Below are positions 31,003 to 41,651 of a DNA stretch of 64,000 bases, piece by piece (positions within the stretch are counted from its first letter, which is position 1; the number at the start of each line of letters is the position of its first letter). Origin of the DNA: Campylobacterales bacterium. GTDB lineage: Bacteria > Campylobacterota > Campylobacteria > Campylobacterales > UBA6016. The notes under the pieces were generated by a model. It was not told the DNA's origin, did no database searches, and saw nothing but the letters and a program-made list of their open reading frames with translations. The position numbers were made by a program, and so were the translations under genes. The DNA is taken from positions 296-64,295 of the forward strand of contig JBFWKW010000007.1 of the NCBI GenBank assembly GCA_050252455.1. Direction: 5' to 3'.

Positions 31003-31123
31003 TTTTATTGGTCCTTTACCATTGTTTGTTTTAACTTAGGTGCCGCACTCACACGGACTTGCCCGATATTTAAAGTCTTTCGGGGGACTTGTTTACTTAT
31101 TTTTGATTGTCTAAAATCAGTTA

Positions 31124-31315
31124 TTACATACAAAGCATTGCATTGACAGAGTCAATGTTTGCGCTATGAACAGTTTTTGGAGATTTTAGGTTTCTCATTT
31201 TTTGTGGGCTTTTTTTAGTTAGAATGTGGCTTCTAAATGCCGCACCTCTTTTGATTGAGGACTTTCTAACTTTAAATCTTTTAGCCGCACTCTTAACCGT
31301 TTTCATTTTCGGCAT
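31124..31315 (-). CDS. rpmI: 50S ribosomal protein L35
   Basis: [16 protein letters not shown]... is canonical L35. Confidence 0.95.
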   Translation of the reverse strand: MPKMKTVKSAAKRFKVRKSSIKRGAAFRSHILTKKSPQKMRNLKSPKTVHSANIDSVNAMLCM

Positions 31316-31397
31316 CGGCTTCTCCTTGCAAATATTAAACCAGCCCCGAAGGGCAGATTTTAAGGACGAAATTATATCTAATTAAAAATAAAGGTTG

Positions 31398-31949
31398 TTA
31401 TTCTGAGGCTTGTGCAGTTTTTGGAGCAGTTTTTTTAGGAAGTACGGTCATGTTGACGTATCTACCTTCAAACATAGGATCTTTTTCCATATCGCCTATA
31501 TCTTTTACCATCTCGTATACTTGTAAAAGAAGGGTTGTTCCGAGTTGAGGATTTGCCATCTCTCTACCGCTTAGAAAAACTCTAAAACGTACATGTTTTT
31601 TGGCTTCCAAAAACTCTCTGGCGTGTTTGATTTTATAGTTGATGTCATTTTGTGCAATTTTTGGAGATAGTTTAATCTCTTTTATCTCAATAATTACCTG
31701 TTTCTTTTTGGCCTCTTTGGCTTTTTTGGCTTGCTGATATTTGAACTTGCTATAGTCCATAATCTTGCACACAGGCGGTTTTGCATCAGCGGAGATTAGT
31801 ACTAGATCAAGACCCTTCTCATTTGCTATTTTCATAGCTTCCTGTGGAGTTATAATGCCGTGCTGTTCGCCTTCTTCGCCGACACATCTGATTTCATCAA
31901 ACCTTATCCTCTCGTTTAGTAGCACATCGTCTTTTTTGTTGTTGCTCAA
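31398..31949 (-). CDS. infC: Translation initiation factor IF-3
   Basis: [22 protein letters not shown] is an IF-3 N-domain. The TTG start overlaps the thrS TGA (TTGA). Confidence 0.9.
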   Translation of the reverse strand: MSNNKKDDVLLNERIRFDEIRCVGEEGEQHGIITPQEAMKIANEKGLDLVLISADAKPPVCKIMDYSKFKYQQAKKAKEAKKKQVIIEIKEIKLSPKIAQNDINYKIKHAREFLEAKKHVRFRVFLSGREMANPQLGTTLLLQVYEMVKDIGDMEKDPMFEGRYVNMTVLPKKTAPKTAQASE

Positions 31950-33760
31950 ATAAATACCCCATTATTTTTAGCAATAAGTGATGCGACGAATTCGTTTACG
32001 CCCATCTCATATTGTCTTTTTTCACGCCTATCTCTAAGCGCCACCTTATTTTCGGCTACTTCCTGATCGCCTATAACGGCAATTAAAGGTACCCTCTCTT
32101 TTTCTGCGTTTCTGATTTTCTTGCCAAGGCTATCGTTTTTATCAAAAACCTTTGCAGAAATATCGGCTCTTATTAGCTCTTTTTGAATTTTTTTGGCAAA
32201 TTCTACGTGAGCATCGCCGATTGGAACCAAAATCACTTGCGTTGGAGCTATAAAGAAAGGAAACTCTCCGCCAAAATGCTCTGTCAAAATAGCAATAAAT
32301 CTCTCAAATGAGCCTATGATAGCTCTGTGAATCATTACCGGGCGAACTCTTTGGTTGTTGTCATCCGTATAGTTGATGTCAAATCTATCCGGTAGGTTTA
32401 GGTCTACTTGAATAGTTCCGCATTGCCATTTTCTGCCGATGCAGTCTGTTATTTTGACGTCTATTTTTGGACCGTAGAAAGCGCCGCCGCCTTCATCTAT
32501 ATCATATTTCATTCCCTTTTCGTCAAGGGCGTCTGCGATAGCTTTTGTGGCCTTGTCCCAAAACTCGTCGGAGCCTATTGCTTTTTGAGGTTTTGTTGCA
32601 AGCTCTATTGAGTAGTTGAAATCAAAAGCTTTCATTATAGAGTCGACAAAATCCATAACTTCGTATATCTCTGATTTTATCTGAGCTTCTGTACAAAATA
32701 TATGCGCGTCATCTTGTGTAAACTCTCTAACTCTCAATAATCCGTGAAGTACGCCGCTTTTTTCGTGTCTATGGACTACGCCAAATTCAAAGAATTTAAG
32801 AGGCAACTCTTTGTGCCCTCTTGTCTCGGAGTCAAAAATCTTGATATGGCTTAGACAGTTCATCGGTTTGATACCGTATTCGGCCTCTTCTATGTTCGTA
32901 AAGTACATATTTTGGCCGTAATTTTGGTAGTGACCGCTTTTTTTCCAAAGGTCGGATTTGAGTATTTCGGGCCCTCTTACCGGTTCATAGCCTCTTACTA
33001 GGTGGGCATGATAAAGAAGCTTCTCTAGTTTCCCTCGTAGCCTTGCTCCAGCAGGAAGCCATATAGGCATACCGCTACCGATGTCTTCGTCAAATGCAAA
33101 AAGCCCTAGCTCGTGACCTACTTTTCTGTGATCTCTCTTTTTCGCCTCTTCAAGCATTGTTACATAGTTTTTTAGCGTCTCTTTGTCGGCAAATGCTATA
33201 CCATATATACGAGTAAGCATCTCTTTTGTTTCATCGCCGCCTAGATATGCGCCTGCAACTCTAATTAGCTTGAAATTTTTTAGATATTTAGTGTTTGGCA
33301 CATGAGGGCCGCGGCATAAGTCTTCAAAGCCGCCTTGCGCATATATTCCGATTTCGTCAGAGTCTATTTTTTTTAGAACTTCTTGTTTTAGTTCGTCGTT
33401 TTCAAATTTTTTAAGAGCTTCGGCTTTGGTTATAGTGTATTTAGTTATCTCGTTTGCCTTGTCGGCTAGCTCTTTCATTTTCTTTTCGATAGCCGATAGT
33501 TCTTCTTCGCCTATCTTTGCGCTGGTTTTGAAGTCATAGTAAAAACCCTCGTCAACCGTCGGCCCGACAAAAAACTTTGCATCCGGATAAAGCTCTTTTA
33601 TTGCTTCAGCCATAAGGTGGGCGGTTGAGTGTCTGATGATTTCCAATGATTCTTTTGAGTTGTCAAATTGTATTGCTTGCAGATTTTGTAGGTCAGCTGA
33701 CGCTGCGCTTTGAGTATCTATGATTTGATCCTCTAGCTTATAGCCAAGTATATCTTTCAA
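31946..33760 (-). CDS. thrS: Threonine--tRNA ligase
   Basis: It has a TGS/editing N-terminus ([10 protein letters not shown]) and class II core motifs ([11 protein letters not shown]). 604 aa. Confidence 0.95.
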   Translation of the reverse strand: MKDILGYKLEDQIIDTQSAASADLQNLQAIQFDNSKESLEIIRHSTAHLMAEAIKELYPDAKFFVGPTVDEGFYYDFKTSAKIGEEELSAIEKKMKELADKANEITKYTITKAEALKKFENDELKQEVLKKIDSDEIGIYAQGGFEDLCRGPHVPNTKYLKNFKLIRVAGAYLGGDETKEMLTRIYGIAFADKETLKNYVTMLEEAKKRDHRKVGHELGLFAFDEDIGSGMPIWLPAGARLRGKLEKLLYHAHLVRGYEPVRGPEILKSDLWKKSGHYQNYGQNMYFTNIEEAEYGIKPMNCLSHIKIFDSETRGHKELPLKFFEFGVVHRHEKSGVLHGLLRVREFTQDDAHIFCTEAQIKSEIYEVMDFVDSIMKAFDFNYSIELATKPQKAIGSDEFWDKATKAIADALDEKGMKYDIDEGGGAFYGPKIDVKITDCIGRKWQCGTIQVDLNLPDRFDINYTDDNNQRVRPVMIHRAIIGSFERFIAILTEHFGGEFPFFIAPTQVILVPIGDAHVEFAKKIQKELIRADISAKVFDKNDSLGKKIRNAEKERVPLIAVIGDQEVAENKVALRDRREKRQYEMGVNEFVASLIAKNNGVFI

Positions 33761-33788
33761 TTATTGCCTTGTGGGATTGTATTTAAAA

Positions 33789-33864
33789 TGGTGGCCCCGA
33801 TTGGACTCGAACCAACGACCACTACCATGTCAAGGTAGTGCTCTACCAACTGAGCTACGGGACC
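33789..33864 (-). tRNA. tRNA-Val (anticodon GAC)
   Basis: The reverse complement folds by hand as GGTCCCG-TA-GCTC-AGTTGGTA-GAGC-A-CTACC-TTGACAT-GGTAG-TGGTC-GTTGG-TTCGAGT-CCAAT-CGGGGCC-A-CCA. That is 76 nt with an encoded CCA and the TTCGA T-loop. Confidence 0.9.
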
Positions 33865-33896
33865 GAATGTGGATTGGGATTTTACCAAAGAGTTCA

Positions 33897-34331
33897 TTAT
33901 TTCTTCTTTAAAAGCTTTATTATGAGTAGCCCCACCCCTATGTCTATGAGCACGTCAGCCAAGTTGAAAACGGCAAATTCAAACCAATGGTGGTAATAAA
34001 TATAGTCGACAACGCCGCCGTGAATAAATCTATCGTATATGTTTGAAGCGCCGGAGCCGAATATTAGCCCTAGCTCTAACGGATATTTTTTTAGGTAGCC
34101 GTTTGACGAGACATAGATGAGCGCAAAAAATAATACCGCTATTTGCAGATACTTTAAGTAGCCCTGCAAGAATGAGAGCATGCTAAACGCTACCCCGTCG
34201 TTTAAAACATAGATGATAGAAACATAGTCGCTGTACCATCTATAACCGTCTAAAATAATTGATTTTACATATTGGTCTGCTGCTATTGCCAGTACGGCAA
34301 CAAGCATAAAAAAGGCTATTTTTTTAAGCAT
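33897..34331 (-). CDS. lspA: Lipoprotein signal peptidase II
   Basis: Four TMs with the motifs LNDGVAFS and [11 protein letters not shown]. Confidence 0.85.
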   Translation of the reverse strand: MLKKIAFFMLVAVLAIAADQYVKSIILDGYRWYSDYVSIIYVLNDGVAFSMLSFLQGYLKYLQIAVLFFALIYVSSNGYLKKYPLELGLIFGSGASNIYDRFIHGGVVDYIYYHHWFEFAVFNLADVLIDIGVGLLIIKLLKKK

Positions 34332-35664
34332 TTAAAACTTTTTTGAAGTACTCCACAAGAGAGTCCATTTCTTTTGCAAGAGCCGCTTCACTTTTACCTT
34401 CAAGAAGCAGTCTAAGTTTATTCTCCGTCCCGGAGTATCTAATCAGATGAGATATCTTTTTACCTTCCAAATCTGCTATTTTTTCTTTAAATCCGTCAAG
34501 TTCATCAAGCGGTTTTTTTGTCTTAACAGCTATAGCCTCTTGTAGTTGCGGATAGAGCTCAAACAGATTTAGAGCTTCGCTTGCCGGTTTGCCGGTTGAT
34601 AGTACGTAAGCTATTGTCTGAAGGGCACTTGCAAGCCCATCTCCGGTTTTGGCGTAGTCGCTGAATATAATATGTCCGCTTTGTTCTCCGCCGAAATTTA
34701 GACCCTCTTTTTGCATTGTCTCAAGCACATACTTATCGCCAACATTACATCTAAATAGTTTTATTTTCTTAGATGCCAAAAAGTCTTCCATTGCCCCGTT
34801 ACTCATTACCGTTGCAACTACGGATGATTTTTTTAGAAGTCCCTGTGAATTCAGATGCAAAGCTAGTGCGGCTATCAGTTTATCGCCGTTTACCGTATTT
34901 CCTTTTTCGTCAACAACTACTAGTCTGTCCGCATCTCCGTCAAGGGCAAATCCTATATCGGCTCTGAATTTAAGTACTTCTTCGGAAAGTTTTGCGGGAT
35001 GCAAAGCACCACACTCTTCGTTTATGTTAAAACCGTTTGGTTCATCGTTGATAACTATCAAATCTGCACCGAGTTCGGTTAGTATGGTAGGCGCTACTTT
35101 GTATGCCGCTCCATTGGCTGCGTCAACGACTATTCTAACGCCTTTTAGAGACAAGTGTTTTGGGAAAGAGTTTTTGATGTGTACTATATATCTGCCGATG
35201 ACGTCATCGATTCTTTTGGATGAGCCTATCTCTTTCTCTTTTTTTTGTGCAAGCTCTATTGCTTCATCGTCTGCATAAAGAGCTTCAATCATGGCCTCTA
35301 TGTCAGTATTTAGCTTATTCCCTTCATTGTTAAAAAATTTTATTCCATTATCATAATAAGCGTTGTGGCTTGCACTTATCATAATGCCAGCGTCACATCT
35401 CATATCTTCTGTCAAAAATGCTATTGCCGGAGTTGGCATGGGGCCTATTTGCACGCAGTCGTATCCAACAGCGGTAAGACCCGCCACTATTGCATTTTCA
35501 AGCATATATCCGCTTCGTCTTGTATCTTTGCCTATTAGAATTTTGTTAGTGACGGAGGTTTTCCTGAAGTGTACCCCGGCTGCCATTGCCAATCTAAGGG
35601 CAGTGTTTACGGTAAGTTCCTTTCCGGCTTTACCTCTGACCCCGTCTGTTCCAAATAGTTTCAT
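34324..35664 (-). CDS. glmM: Phosphoglucosamine mutase
   Basis: [11 protein letters not shown], the phosphoserine loop [14 protein letters not shown] and the Mg site DGDADR are present. Confidence 0.95.
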   Translation of the reverse strand: MKLFGTDGVRGKAGKELTVNTALRLAMAAGVHFRKTSVTNKILIGKDTRRSGYMLENAIVAGLTAVGYDCVQIGPMPTPAIAFLTEDMRCDAGIMISASHNAYYDNGIKFFNNEGNKLNTDIEAMIEALYADDEAIELAQKKEKEIGSSKRIDDVIGRYIVHIKNSFPKHLSLKGVRIVVDAANGAAYKVAPTILTELGADLIVINDEPNGFNINEECGALHPAKLSEEVLKFRADIGFALDGDADRLVVVDEKGNTVNGDKLIAALALHLNSQGLLKKSSVVATVMSNGAMEDFLASKKIKLFRCNVGDKYVLETMQKEGLNFGGEQSGHIIFSDYAKTGDGLASALQTIAYVLSTGKPASEALNLFELYPQLQEAIAVKTKKPLDELDGFKEKIADLEGKKISHLIRYSGTENKLRLLLEGKSEAALAKEMDSLVEYFKKVLNA

Positions 35665-35736
35665 CTTGTTTTCTTCTTATCTCTTAATGTTTTTTGGAGG
35701 CGGAGTATAGCATAAAGTCGTTATTAAAAAAAAGTT

Positions 35737-35745
35737 TGGTAAAAT
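35737..35745 (+). promoter_or_regulatory. Candidate extended -10 element (TGgTAAAAT) for rpsT
   Basis: It lies in the AT-rich divergent glmM/rpsT spacer, about 58 nt upstream of ATG 35803. Confidence 0.3.
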
Positions 35746-35802
35746 CGCGAAAATTTTTATTTTTGAAAAATCAAATAAATATAAAAAAAGGAATATATAG
35801 AC

Positions 35803-36072
35803 ATGGCAAACCATAAATCAGCCGAAAAAAGAATCAGACAAACAGAAAAAAGAACGGCTAGAAACAGAGTTTACAGAACAAAACTCAAAAACATAGTAAA
35901 AGAAGTTAGAGGCGCAGTTGCAAAAAAAGACGGCGTTGCTGCTGAAGCTGCACTAAAAGTTGCAAACCAAGAACTACACAAATTTGTATCAAAAGGCTTT
36001 TTGACAAAAAATACTGCCTCTAGAAAAGTTGGCAGACTAGCTAAACTTGTAAACACAGTAAAAGCCGCTTAA
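35803..36072 (+). CDS. rpsT: 30S ribosomal protein S20
   Basis: [21 protein letters not shown]... is canonical S20. Confidence 0.95.
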   Translation: MANHKSAEKRIRQTEKRTARNRVYRTKLKNIVKEVRGAVAKKDGVAAEAALKVANQELHKFVSKGFLTKNTASRKVGRLAKLVNTVKAA

Positions 36073-36099
36073 ACAAACCACCTACAAACCTTTCTCTAT

Positions 36100-36124
36100 T
36101 CTCTCGCCCAGCTTTGGCGAGAGA
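36100..36124 (+). terminator. Hairpin after rpsT
   Basis: CTCTCGCC (36101-36108) pairs with GGCGAGAG (36116-36123) across a 7-nt loop, about 30 nt after the rpsT stop. There is no clear U-tract. Confidence 0.4.
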
Positions 36125-36151
36125 GCCAAAATTTAAAACCCCGGAACAAAA

Positions 36152-37219
36152 ATGCTACAAGACAAGCTTCAACCGTTTATAGATAGATATGACGAAATTA
36201 CAAGACTTTTGTCGGCAGAAGATATTACGTCAGACATAAAAAGGATGACGGATCTTTCAAAAGAGCAGTCTGGCCTCTCTGAGATAGTAGAATCAGCCAA
36301 AGAGTATCAAAAACTTATGATTGACCTAGAGGAAAACAAGCTTTTGGCAGATGATCCTGAGCTTGGCGAGCTTGCCAAGGCCGAGATAAAAGAGCTTGAA
36401 GAGAGAAAACCTCTTTTGGAAGATAAAATCAAGCTACTCCTGGTGCCGAAAGATCCAAATGATGAAAGAAACACATATCTTGAGATAAGAGCCGGAACGG
36501 GTGGCGATGAAGCGGCTTTGTTTGCAGCCGATATTTGCAAAACGTATATGAGATATGCTGAACTTAGAGGGTGGAAGGTTGAAGTAGTCTCTCTTGCCGA
36601 AAACGACCTTGGCGGATATAGAGATATTACGATACTCATCAAGGGTGACAGAGTTTACTCGAGGCTCAAATATGAAGGCGGCGTTCACAGGGTGCAAAGA
36701 GTTCCTGCAACGGAGACGCAAGGAAGGCTTCACACCTCTGCTATTACGGTGGCCGTTATTCCGGAAGTTGATGACGTAGAGATAGAGCTGAAAGAGAGTG
36801 AGCTAAGAATAGACGTATATCGCTCAGGCGGAAACGGTGGGCAGTCGGTTAATACGACGGATTCCGCGGTTCGTGTGACGCACATTCCTACAGGGCTTTC
36901 CGTGGCTATACAAGATGAGAAGTCACAGCATAAAAATAAAGACAAAGCGATTAAGATTCTAAAATCTAGGCTTTATGAGATAAAGATGGAAGAGCAGCTT
37001 GCAGCTACCGGTGAATCCAGGAAGTCTCAGGTCGGAAGCGGTGACAGAAGTGAGAGGATAAGAACCTATAACTATCCGCAAAACAGGATAACCGATCATA
37101 GAATAGGTTTGACTCTGTATAGACTGGATGCGATTATGCAGGGCGGACTTTTTGATGAGATAATCGAGCCTTGCAGTATGTTTTTTGAGGCTGAAAAGTT
37201 GAAAGATGCGGAGGCGTAA
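36152..37219 (+). CDS. prfA: Peptide chain release factor 1
   Basis: The RF1 tripeptide PAT ([10 protein letters not shown]) and the GGQ motif ([10 protein letters not shown]) are present. Confidence 0.95.
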   Translation: MLQDKLQPFIDRYDEITRLLSAEDITSDIKRMTDLSKEQSGLSEIVESAKEYQKLMIDLEENKLLADDPELGELAKAEIKELEERKPLLEDKIKLLLVPKDPNDERNTYLEIRAGTGGDEAALFAADICKTYMRYAELRGWKVEVVSLAENDLGGYRDITILIKGDRVYSRLKYEGGVHRVQRVPATETQGRLHTSAITVAVIPEVDDVEIELKESELRIDVYRSGGNGGQSVNTTDSAVRVTHIPTGLSVAIQDEKSQHKNKDKAIKILKSRLYEIKMEEQLAATGESRKSQVGSGDRSERIRTYNYPQNRITDHRIGLTLYRLDAIMQGGLFDEIIEPCSMFFEAEKLKDAEA

Positions 37220-37240
37220 AGCCCCGCCCGCTTTGAGAAT

Positions 37241-38008
37241 TTAGTGTATGAAGCCGGCTTTTAGTGCGCCGCTTGATATTATGTTTTTTGCTTCATCGTA
37301 AGCGCTAAAATATGATTTTATCATTTGCGATAGCATTGCAGTGTAGTTGCTAACTTCTGAATAATTAATTAGCGTATTAGCTGCTTTTAGCCCCGTAAAC
37401 TCCAAGTTCCTTCTTTTTGTATCGGCTCTTTTTTTACGAAACTCTTTATAGGCTTCGTGCGAGTTTAGGTTTGTCATATATGACTTTACCGCATCTCCTA
37501 TGTTGTCAAATGCTGCATATTTTACGCTTGCGTTGCCGGTTGCTTTTACATAGTTTTTTGAGCCAAATGATTTTTGCCCAAAAAGATTATTGGATGCCAT
37601 CGAAACCCTACTGCTTCCCCAGCCGCTTTCTAGTGCAGCTTGCGATAAAACGAGTGAAGCCGGAATAATATCTATTTTGTCAAAATACTCTTTTTTATCA
37701 AAGATATAGCCGACCTTGTATGTTTTTGCTATATCCAAAAGCTTTGCGTATTCGTCCGCAGATATTCTGGCTTCACTTTGCGTGTTTGGATATTTTGCAA
37801 AAAAGTGTTCTACAAAATCTCTATCCATGAGTATTTTTTGGTTTTGTTCATTTATATATGGAAGCAACATATTGACAAATGTTTGTTTTCTATTTGGGCT
37901 TTCCTCTAGGATTTTATTCCAAGGTGTGCCGTTTTGGTTTTTTGTATTATCGTATGCAAATGCTGCAAACAAAAGTGAGACATACACTGTAAGAAATCTT
38001 GGCAGCAT
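37241..38008 (-). CDS. Exported glucosaminidase-domain protein (Bax/FlgJ-like muramidase)
   Basis: It has a signal peptide and the core LVLSQAALESGWGSSRVSMASNNLFGQK typical of the mannosyl-glycoprotein endo-beta-N-acetylglucosaminidase fold. Confidence 0.7.
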   Translation of the reverse strand: MLPRFLTVYVSLLFAAFAYDNTKNQNGTPWNKILEESPNRKQTFVNMLLPYINEQNQKILMDRDFVEHFFAKYPNTQSEARISADEYAKLLDIAKTYKVGYIFDKKEYFDKIDIIPASLVLSQAALESGWGSSRVSMASNNLFGQKSFGSKNYVKATGNASVKYAAFDNIGDAVKSYMTNLNSHEAYKEFRKKRADTKRRNLEFTGLKAANTLINYSEVSNYTAMLSQMIKSYFSAYDEAKNIISSGALKAGFIH

Positions 38009-38068
38009 AACTCCTCCTTTTAGTTTTTTTCTGAAATTGAAGTTATGATTTTACCAAAAATCCAAAAG

Positions 38069-38803
38069 TTAAACTAAACAGCTTCCAACCCTTTTAACCT
38101 CGCCCTTGAATAGAATTTGAGTTTTTTTAACCTTAATCGTGATATTTTCGTTGCTTTTTGGAAGTACCAAAAACTCTTCTATGTCCGATGTCTTCGATAC
38201 ATTATATGCGCAAGCCGCCATGCCGGTTCCGCATGCCAATGTCTCATCTTCCACTCCTCTCTCAAAAGTGCGGACATACAATCTTTCTTTGTCGAAATGA
38301 TAAAAATTTACGTTGGCGTTGTATTTATGTCTTATCTCTCTTGCGATTTCTTTGTCGAAAAAACCTTTTGCGCAGCTTGTAACTAAGTGTGGAACCCCGG
38401 TGTCTATAAGCGCCCATTCAAAGCCGTTTTCACTAAATTTTTCCATTATTTCTTTTGGCTCGGTAAGCTCTGTTTCCACGGTATTTGTTTCGTATATTTC
38501 AGTTTTTATGACGCCCGCACCTGTTAGAAAACTTTGTTTTTTGCCGGCTAGTTGATTGTCGTACGCATAAAGACCTGCCGCCCTTGTGCCGTTGCCGCAC
38601 ATTGACGCTTCTGAGCCGTCCGAGTTGTAAAATTGCCATTCAAAATCTAACTCGTCATGCGGAACCAATACTATTAATCCGTCTGCTCCAAAGCCATAGT
38701 GTCTATCGCACAGCTCTTTGGCAAGCACAGTTCTATCTTCTTTTTTGAACGCATGAAATATTAAAAAATCGTTTCCGCTCGCGCAGTATTTTTGCAAAAC
38801 CAA
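38069..38803 (-). CDS. dapF: Diaminopimelate epimerase
   Basis: ASGNDFLIF and the catalytic Cys motifs MCGNGTRA and LACGTGMAA are present. Confidence 0.9.
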   Translation of the reverse strand: MVLQKYCASGNDFLIFHAFKKEDRTVLAKELCDRHYGFGADGLIVLVPHDELDFEWQFYNSDGSEASMCGNGTRAAGLYAYDNQLAGKKQSFLTGAGVIKTEIYETNTVETELTEPKEIMEKFSENGFEWALIDTGVPHLVTSCAKGFFDKEIAREIRHKYNANVNFYHFDKERLYVRTFERGVEDETLACGTGMAACAYNVSKTSDIEEFLVLPKSNENITIKVKKTQILFKGEVKRVGSCLV

Positions 38804-39387
38804 ATCTCTACCTCTTTTAAAAAATTATTTACTTTGCCCGATAGCTCCGATATTTCACCTGAGTTATCTATAATAAAATCAGCCGTTTTTGCTTTTTCTT
38901 CTATGTCTATTTGTGAATTTACTCGCGCCAAAACATCTTCTACGGCAAGGTTATTTCGTAGCGATATTCTTTGTATCTGCGTCTCTCTTGGCGTATATAC
39001 AACGGCTACCGGAGATAATTCCGTATAGTTTTTACTCTCAAAAAACAGCGGAATATCTATAAAGTATATTTTATTATCTTTTTCTAGTTTTTGTGCCTCT
39101 TTTAATATTTTTTCTTTGATTAACGGGTGCATTACGGCTTCGAGTTTTGCCTTGGCCGTCTCATTCGAAAAGACAAGTTTCCCTAGTTTTTCTCTGTTTA
39201 AGATGCCCTCCTCGACATAATCGTTTCCAAATAGAGAGGCAATCGTAGATAGATTGGAGTTTGCAATTTCTTTGGCTATTGCGTCGGCATCTATTATTTT
39301 GTAACCTTTTGAAGCCAGCATAGAGCAGACGGTGCTTTTGCCGCACCCTATTGAGCCTGTTATGACGACACAATTTGATAGCCCCAT
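38761..39387 (-). CDS. coaE: Dephospho-CoA kinase
   Basis: P-loop ITGSIGCGKST directly follows MGLSNCVV. I chose ATG 39387 rather than the 15-codon ORF-track extension. Confidence 0.85.
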   Translation of the reverse strand: MGLSNCVVITGSIGCGKSTVCSMLASKGYKIIDADAIAKEIANSNLSTIASLFGNDYVEEGILNREKLGKLVFSNETAKAKLEAVMHPLIKEKILKEAQKLEKDNKIYFIDIPLFFESKNYTELSPVAVVYTPRETQIQRISLRNNLAVEDVLARVNSQIDIEEKAKTADFIIDNSGEISELSGKVNNFLKEVEIWFCKNTARAETIF

Positions 39388-39458
39388 ATTCTTCCGTTTA
39401 TATTGGTATTTCAAAATTATAGCAAAGTGCAATACATTTAAAATGTTTAAAAAAATAG

Positions 39459-39467
39459 TGGTATAAT
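39459..39467 (+). promoter_or_regulatory. Candidate extended -10 promoter (TGgTATAAT)
   Basis: A consensus TATAAT with an upstream TG at 39459-39467. It argues against the ORF-track TTG start at 39477. Confidence 0.4.
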
Positions 39468-39530
39468 CGGTGCAATTTGGGCTTGCCTATGTTTTTACAA
39501 AAAATGCAAGCTACGAGAGGCACAAAGTAT

Positions 39531-41630
39531 ATGGAATTCAAAAATGTTTTGGACATTGCTACAAAGCAAATAACTTCGGTTAGCAGAAAAGATACGCTTA
39601 TTAAAGCGGCCGAATTGATGATTCAGAACAATTTGAGAAACGTGCTTGTTGTTGACGAGGGGATAAAAGAATACGGAATTATCACCGTTACGGATATAAC
39701 CGACTTTTTGCTAAGAGGCGTATCTTTTACGGATTTGGTTGAGTCCGTTGAGTTTAAAACCGTTAAACAAATAAGCCAAGACAGCAGCGCCTTGGAAGCC
39801 TCTTTTTTGATTAGGGAAGATGTTAACTATCTTTGTGTTGTTGATGATGCCAAAAATCTTTTAGGCGTCGTATCGATGTCAAACATAATATCCGCCATAG
39901 ATACGGAGCTTGTCGTTAATGAGATTAAACTAGGCCACATAATAGGCAAGACAAAAGCTAAAACCGCAAAAACAATCGATAGCTTGACCACTGTTTTTCA
40001 TAGAGTTAATGCAACTCCGACGGAAGCGGTAGTCATAATAGACTCTCATAACGTGCCGATAGGGATAATTACAAAAAGAGATATCGTAAAACTAATTATC
40101 AAAAATACGGATATGTCGCAAGAGGTAGCCGGATTTATGCAAACTCCGCTATTTACCGTAAATGAAGAGACAACGGTAAAAGAAGCTTTGGAGCTTATGA
40201 GCAAAAAAAGGTTTAAGCGCCTAATCGTCCTTGAAAGTCACGGTGAACTTATGGGGATTATTACCCGTGAAGAGATGATGGATATCGTCTACAATAAATG
40301 GTCGCAGATAGTAAGGGAAAAAGAGAGTCAACTTCAACGTCTATCCAAAACGCTAGCCGTTAAAACCGAGGAATCAGAGAGAACTACCAGACTTCTTAAC
40401 GACTTCATAGATGCGACCGACGACTTTATATTTTATAAAGATTTGGACTATAAATATATAGGGTGCAATAAGGCATTTGCCGAGTTTGCCGGAAAAGCAA
40501 AGGAAGATATAAGCGGAAAGACCGACTTTGATTTATTTGACGATTATTATTCAAATCTTTTTAGAGATACGGATAGGGATGTTCTTGAAAAAGGCAAAAC
40601 TATTATAAATAGCTATTGGACGAGATATAGCGATAAAAAAGCAGTTTATTTGAGTGTCAAAAAAGCCCCTTTAAGAGATAAAGACGGTACCGTTATAGGG
40701 TTGGTAGGAATATCAAGAGATACTACCGAGCAAAAAAACCTTGAAGATGCCATCAAGCATCAGCACAATTATCTTCAGACGATACTTGACATGCAAGAGT
40801 CTATGCTCGTTATTACCGAAGACGGAAATACCATCATTGAGGCCAATAAGAGCTTTCTTGAGTATTACGACGTAAGAACGATAGGCGAGTTTCACTCAAA
40901 ATACAAATCTATAGCCGACCTATTTGTAAAAAAAGAGGGCTATTTATCGAGCAAAAAAAACGGTCTTTGGTTTAAACTGCTTACCTCTTCTTATGACAGA
41001 GACTTCAAGGTCATGATGCAAAAAAATAGAAGCACGGAAGAGCCAAAAAGCTTTTTGCTAAAAGTTGAGAAATTCAAAAAAGATGAATCTTATCTAGTTT
41101 CATTTTTGGATATAACCAATATTGAAAAAGAGAGTAAGAACTTAGAGATTTTGGCCACGACCGACCCTCTAACCAAAATATATAACAGAATGAAATTCGG
41201 CAATATGATGGAAGCTGAGATAGCAAGGGCTAGAAAGTCGAAAAAGCCGCTTTCTCTCGTTGCCATAGATATAGACTTTTTCAAGAAAATAAACGATACA
41301 TATGGACATCAGGCCGGTGATTATGTGCTTATAACTACCGTTGAAATAATCAAATCTAAAATTAGAAGCAACGATATTTTTGCCAGATGGGGCGGGGAAG
41401 AGTTTATGCTTTTATTGCCTGGCGCAGATATGGATGTTGCGGTAGCTAGGGCAGAGATTATCAGGGCAGCTCTTGCAGAGTATGATTTTATAGAGCCCCA
41501 AAGCGTAACAGGTAGTTTCGGCGTCGCCTGTTTTAGGGATAATGATTCGATAGATACGTTTGTCAAAAGAGCCGATGAGGCGCTGTACGCCGCAAAAAGA
41601 AACGGCAGAAATAGGGTAGAGCATAATTAG
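39531..41630 (+). CDS. CBS(x4)-PAS(x2)-GGDEF diguanylate cyclase
   Basis: It has two CBS pairs in the N-terminal ~260 aa and two PAS regions. The GGDEF domain has an intact GGEEF and an RxxD I-site (RSND, 5 residues upstream). The start is uncertain (ATG 39489, 39504 or 39531). Confidence 0.85.
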   Translation: MEFKNVLDIATKQITSVSRKDTLIKAAELMIQNNLRNVLVVDEGIKEYGIITVTDITDFLLRGVSFTDLVESVEFKTVKQISQDSSALEASFLIREDVNYLCVVDDAKNLLGVVSMSNIISAIDTELVVNEIKLGHIIGKTKAKTAKTIDSLTTVFHRVNATPTEAVVIIDSHNVPIGIITKRDIVKLIIKNTDMSQEVAGFMQTPLFTVNEETTVKEALELMSKKRFKRLIVLESHGELMGIITREEMMDIVYNKWSQIVREKESQLQRLSKTLAVKTEESERTTRLLNDFIDATDDFIFYKDLDYKYIGCNKAFAEFAGKAKEDISGKTDFDLFDDYYSNLFRDTDRDVLEKGKTIINSYWTRYSDKKAVYLSVKKAPLRDKDGTVIGLVGISRDTTEQKNLEDAIKHQHNYLQTILDMQESMLVITEDGNTIIEANKSFLEYYDVRTIGEFHSKYKSIADLFVKKEGYLSSKKNGLWFKLLTSSYDRDFKVMMQKNRSTEEPKSFLLKVEKFKKDESYLVSFLDITNIEKESKNLEILATTDPLTKIYNRMKFGNMMEAEIARARKSKKPLSLVAIDIDFFKKINDTYGHQAGDYVLITTVEIIKSKIRSNDIFARWGGEEFMLLLPGADMDVAVARAEIIRAALAEYDFIEPQSVTGSFGVACFRDNDSIDTFVKRADEALYAAKRNGRNRVEHN

Positions 41631-41651
41631 GGTTTTTGGCGGAGGTTTGGC

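Noticed and set aside
36152-37219. Programmed frameshift in a release-factor gene
   Set aside because: The gene is prfA (PAT tripeptide) with a single uninterrupted frame. The +1 frameshift is a prfB feature, and no prfB is present here.
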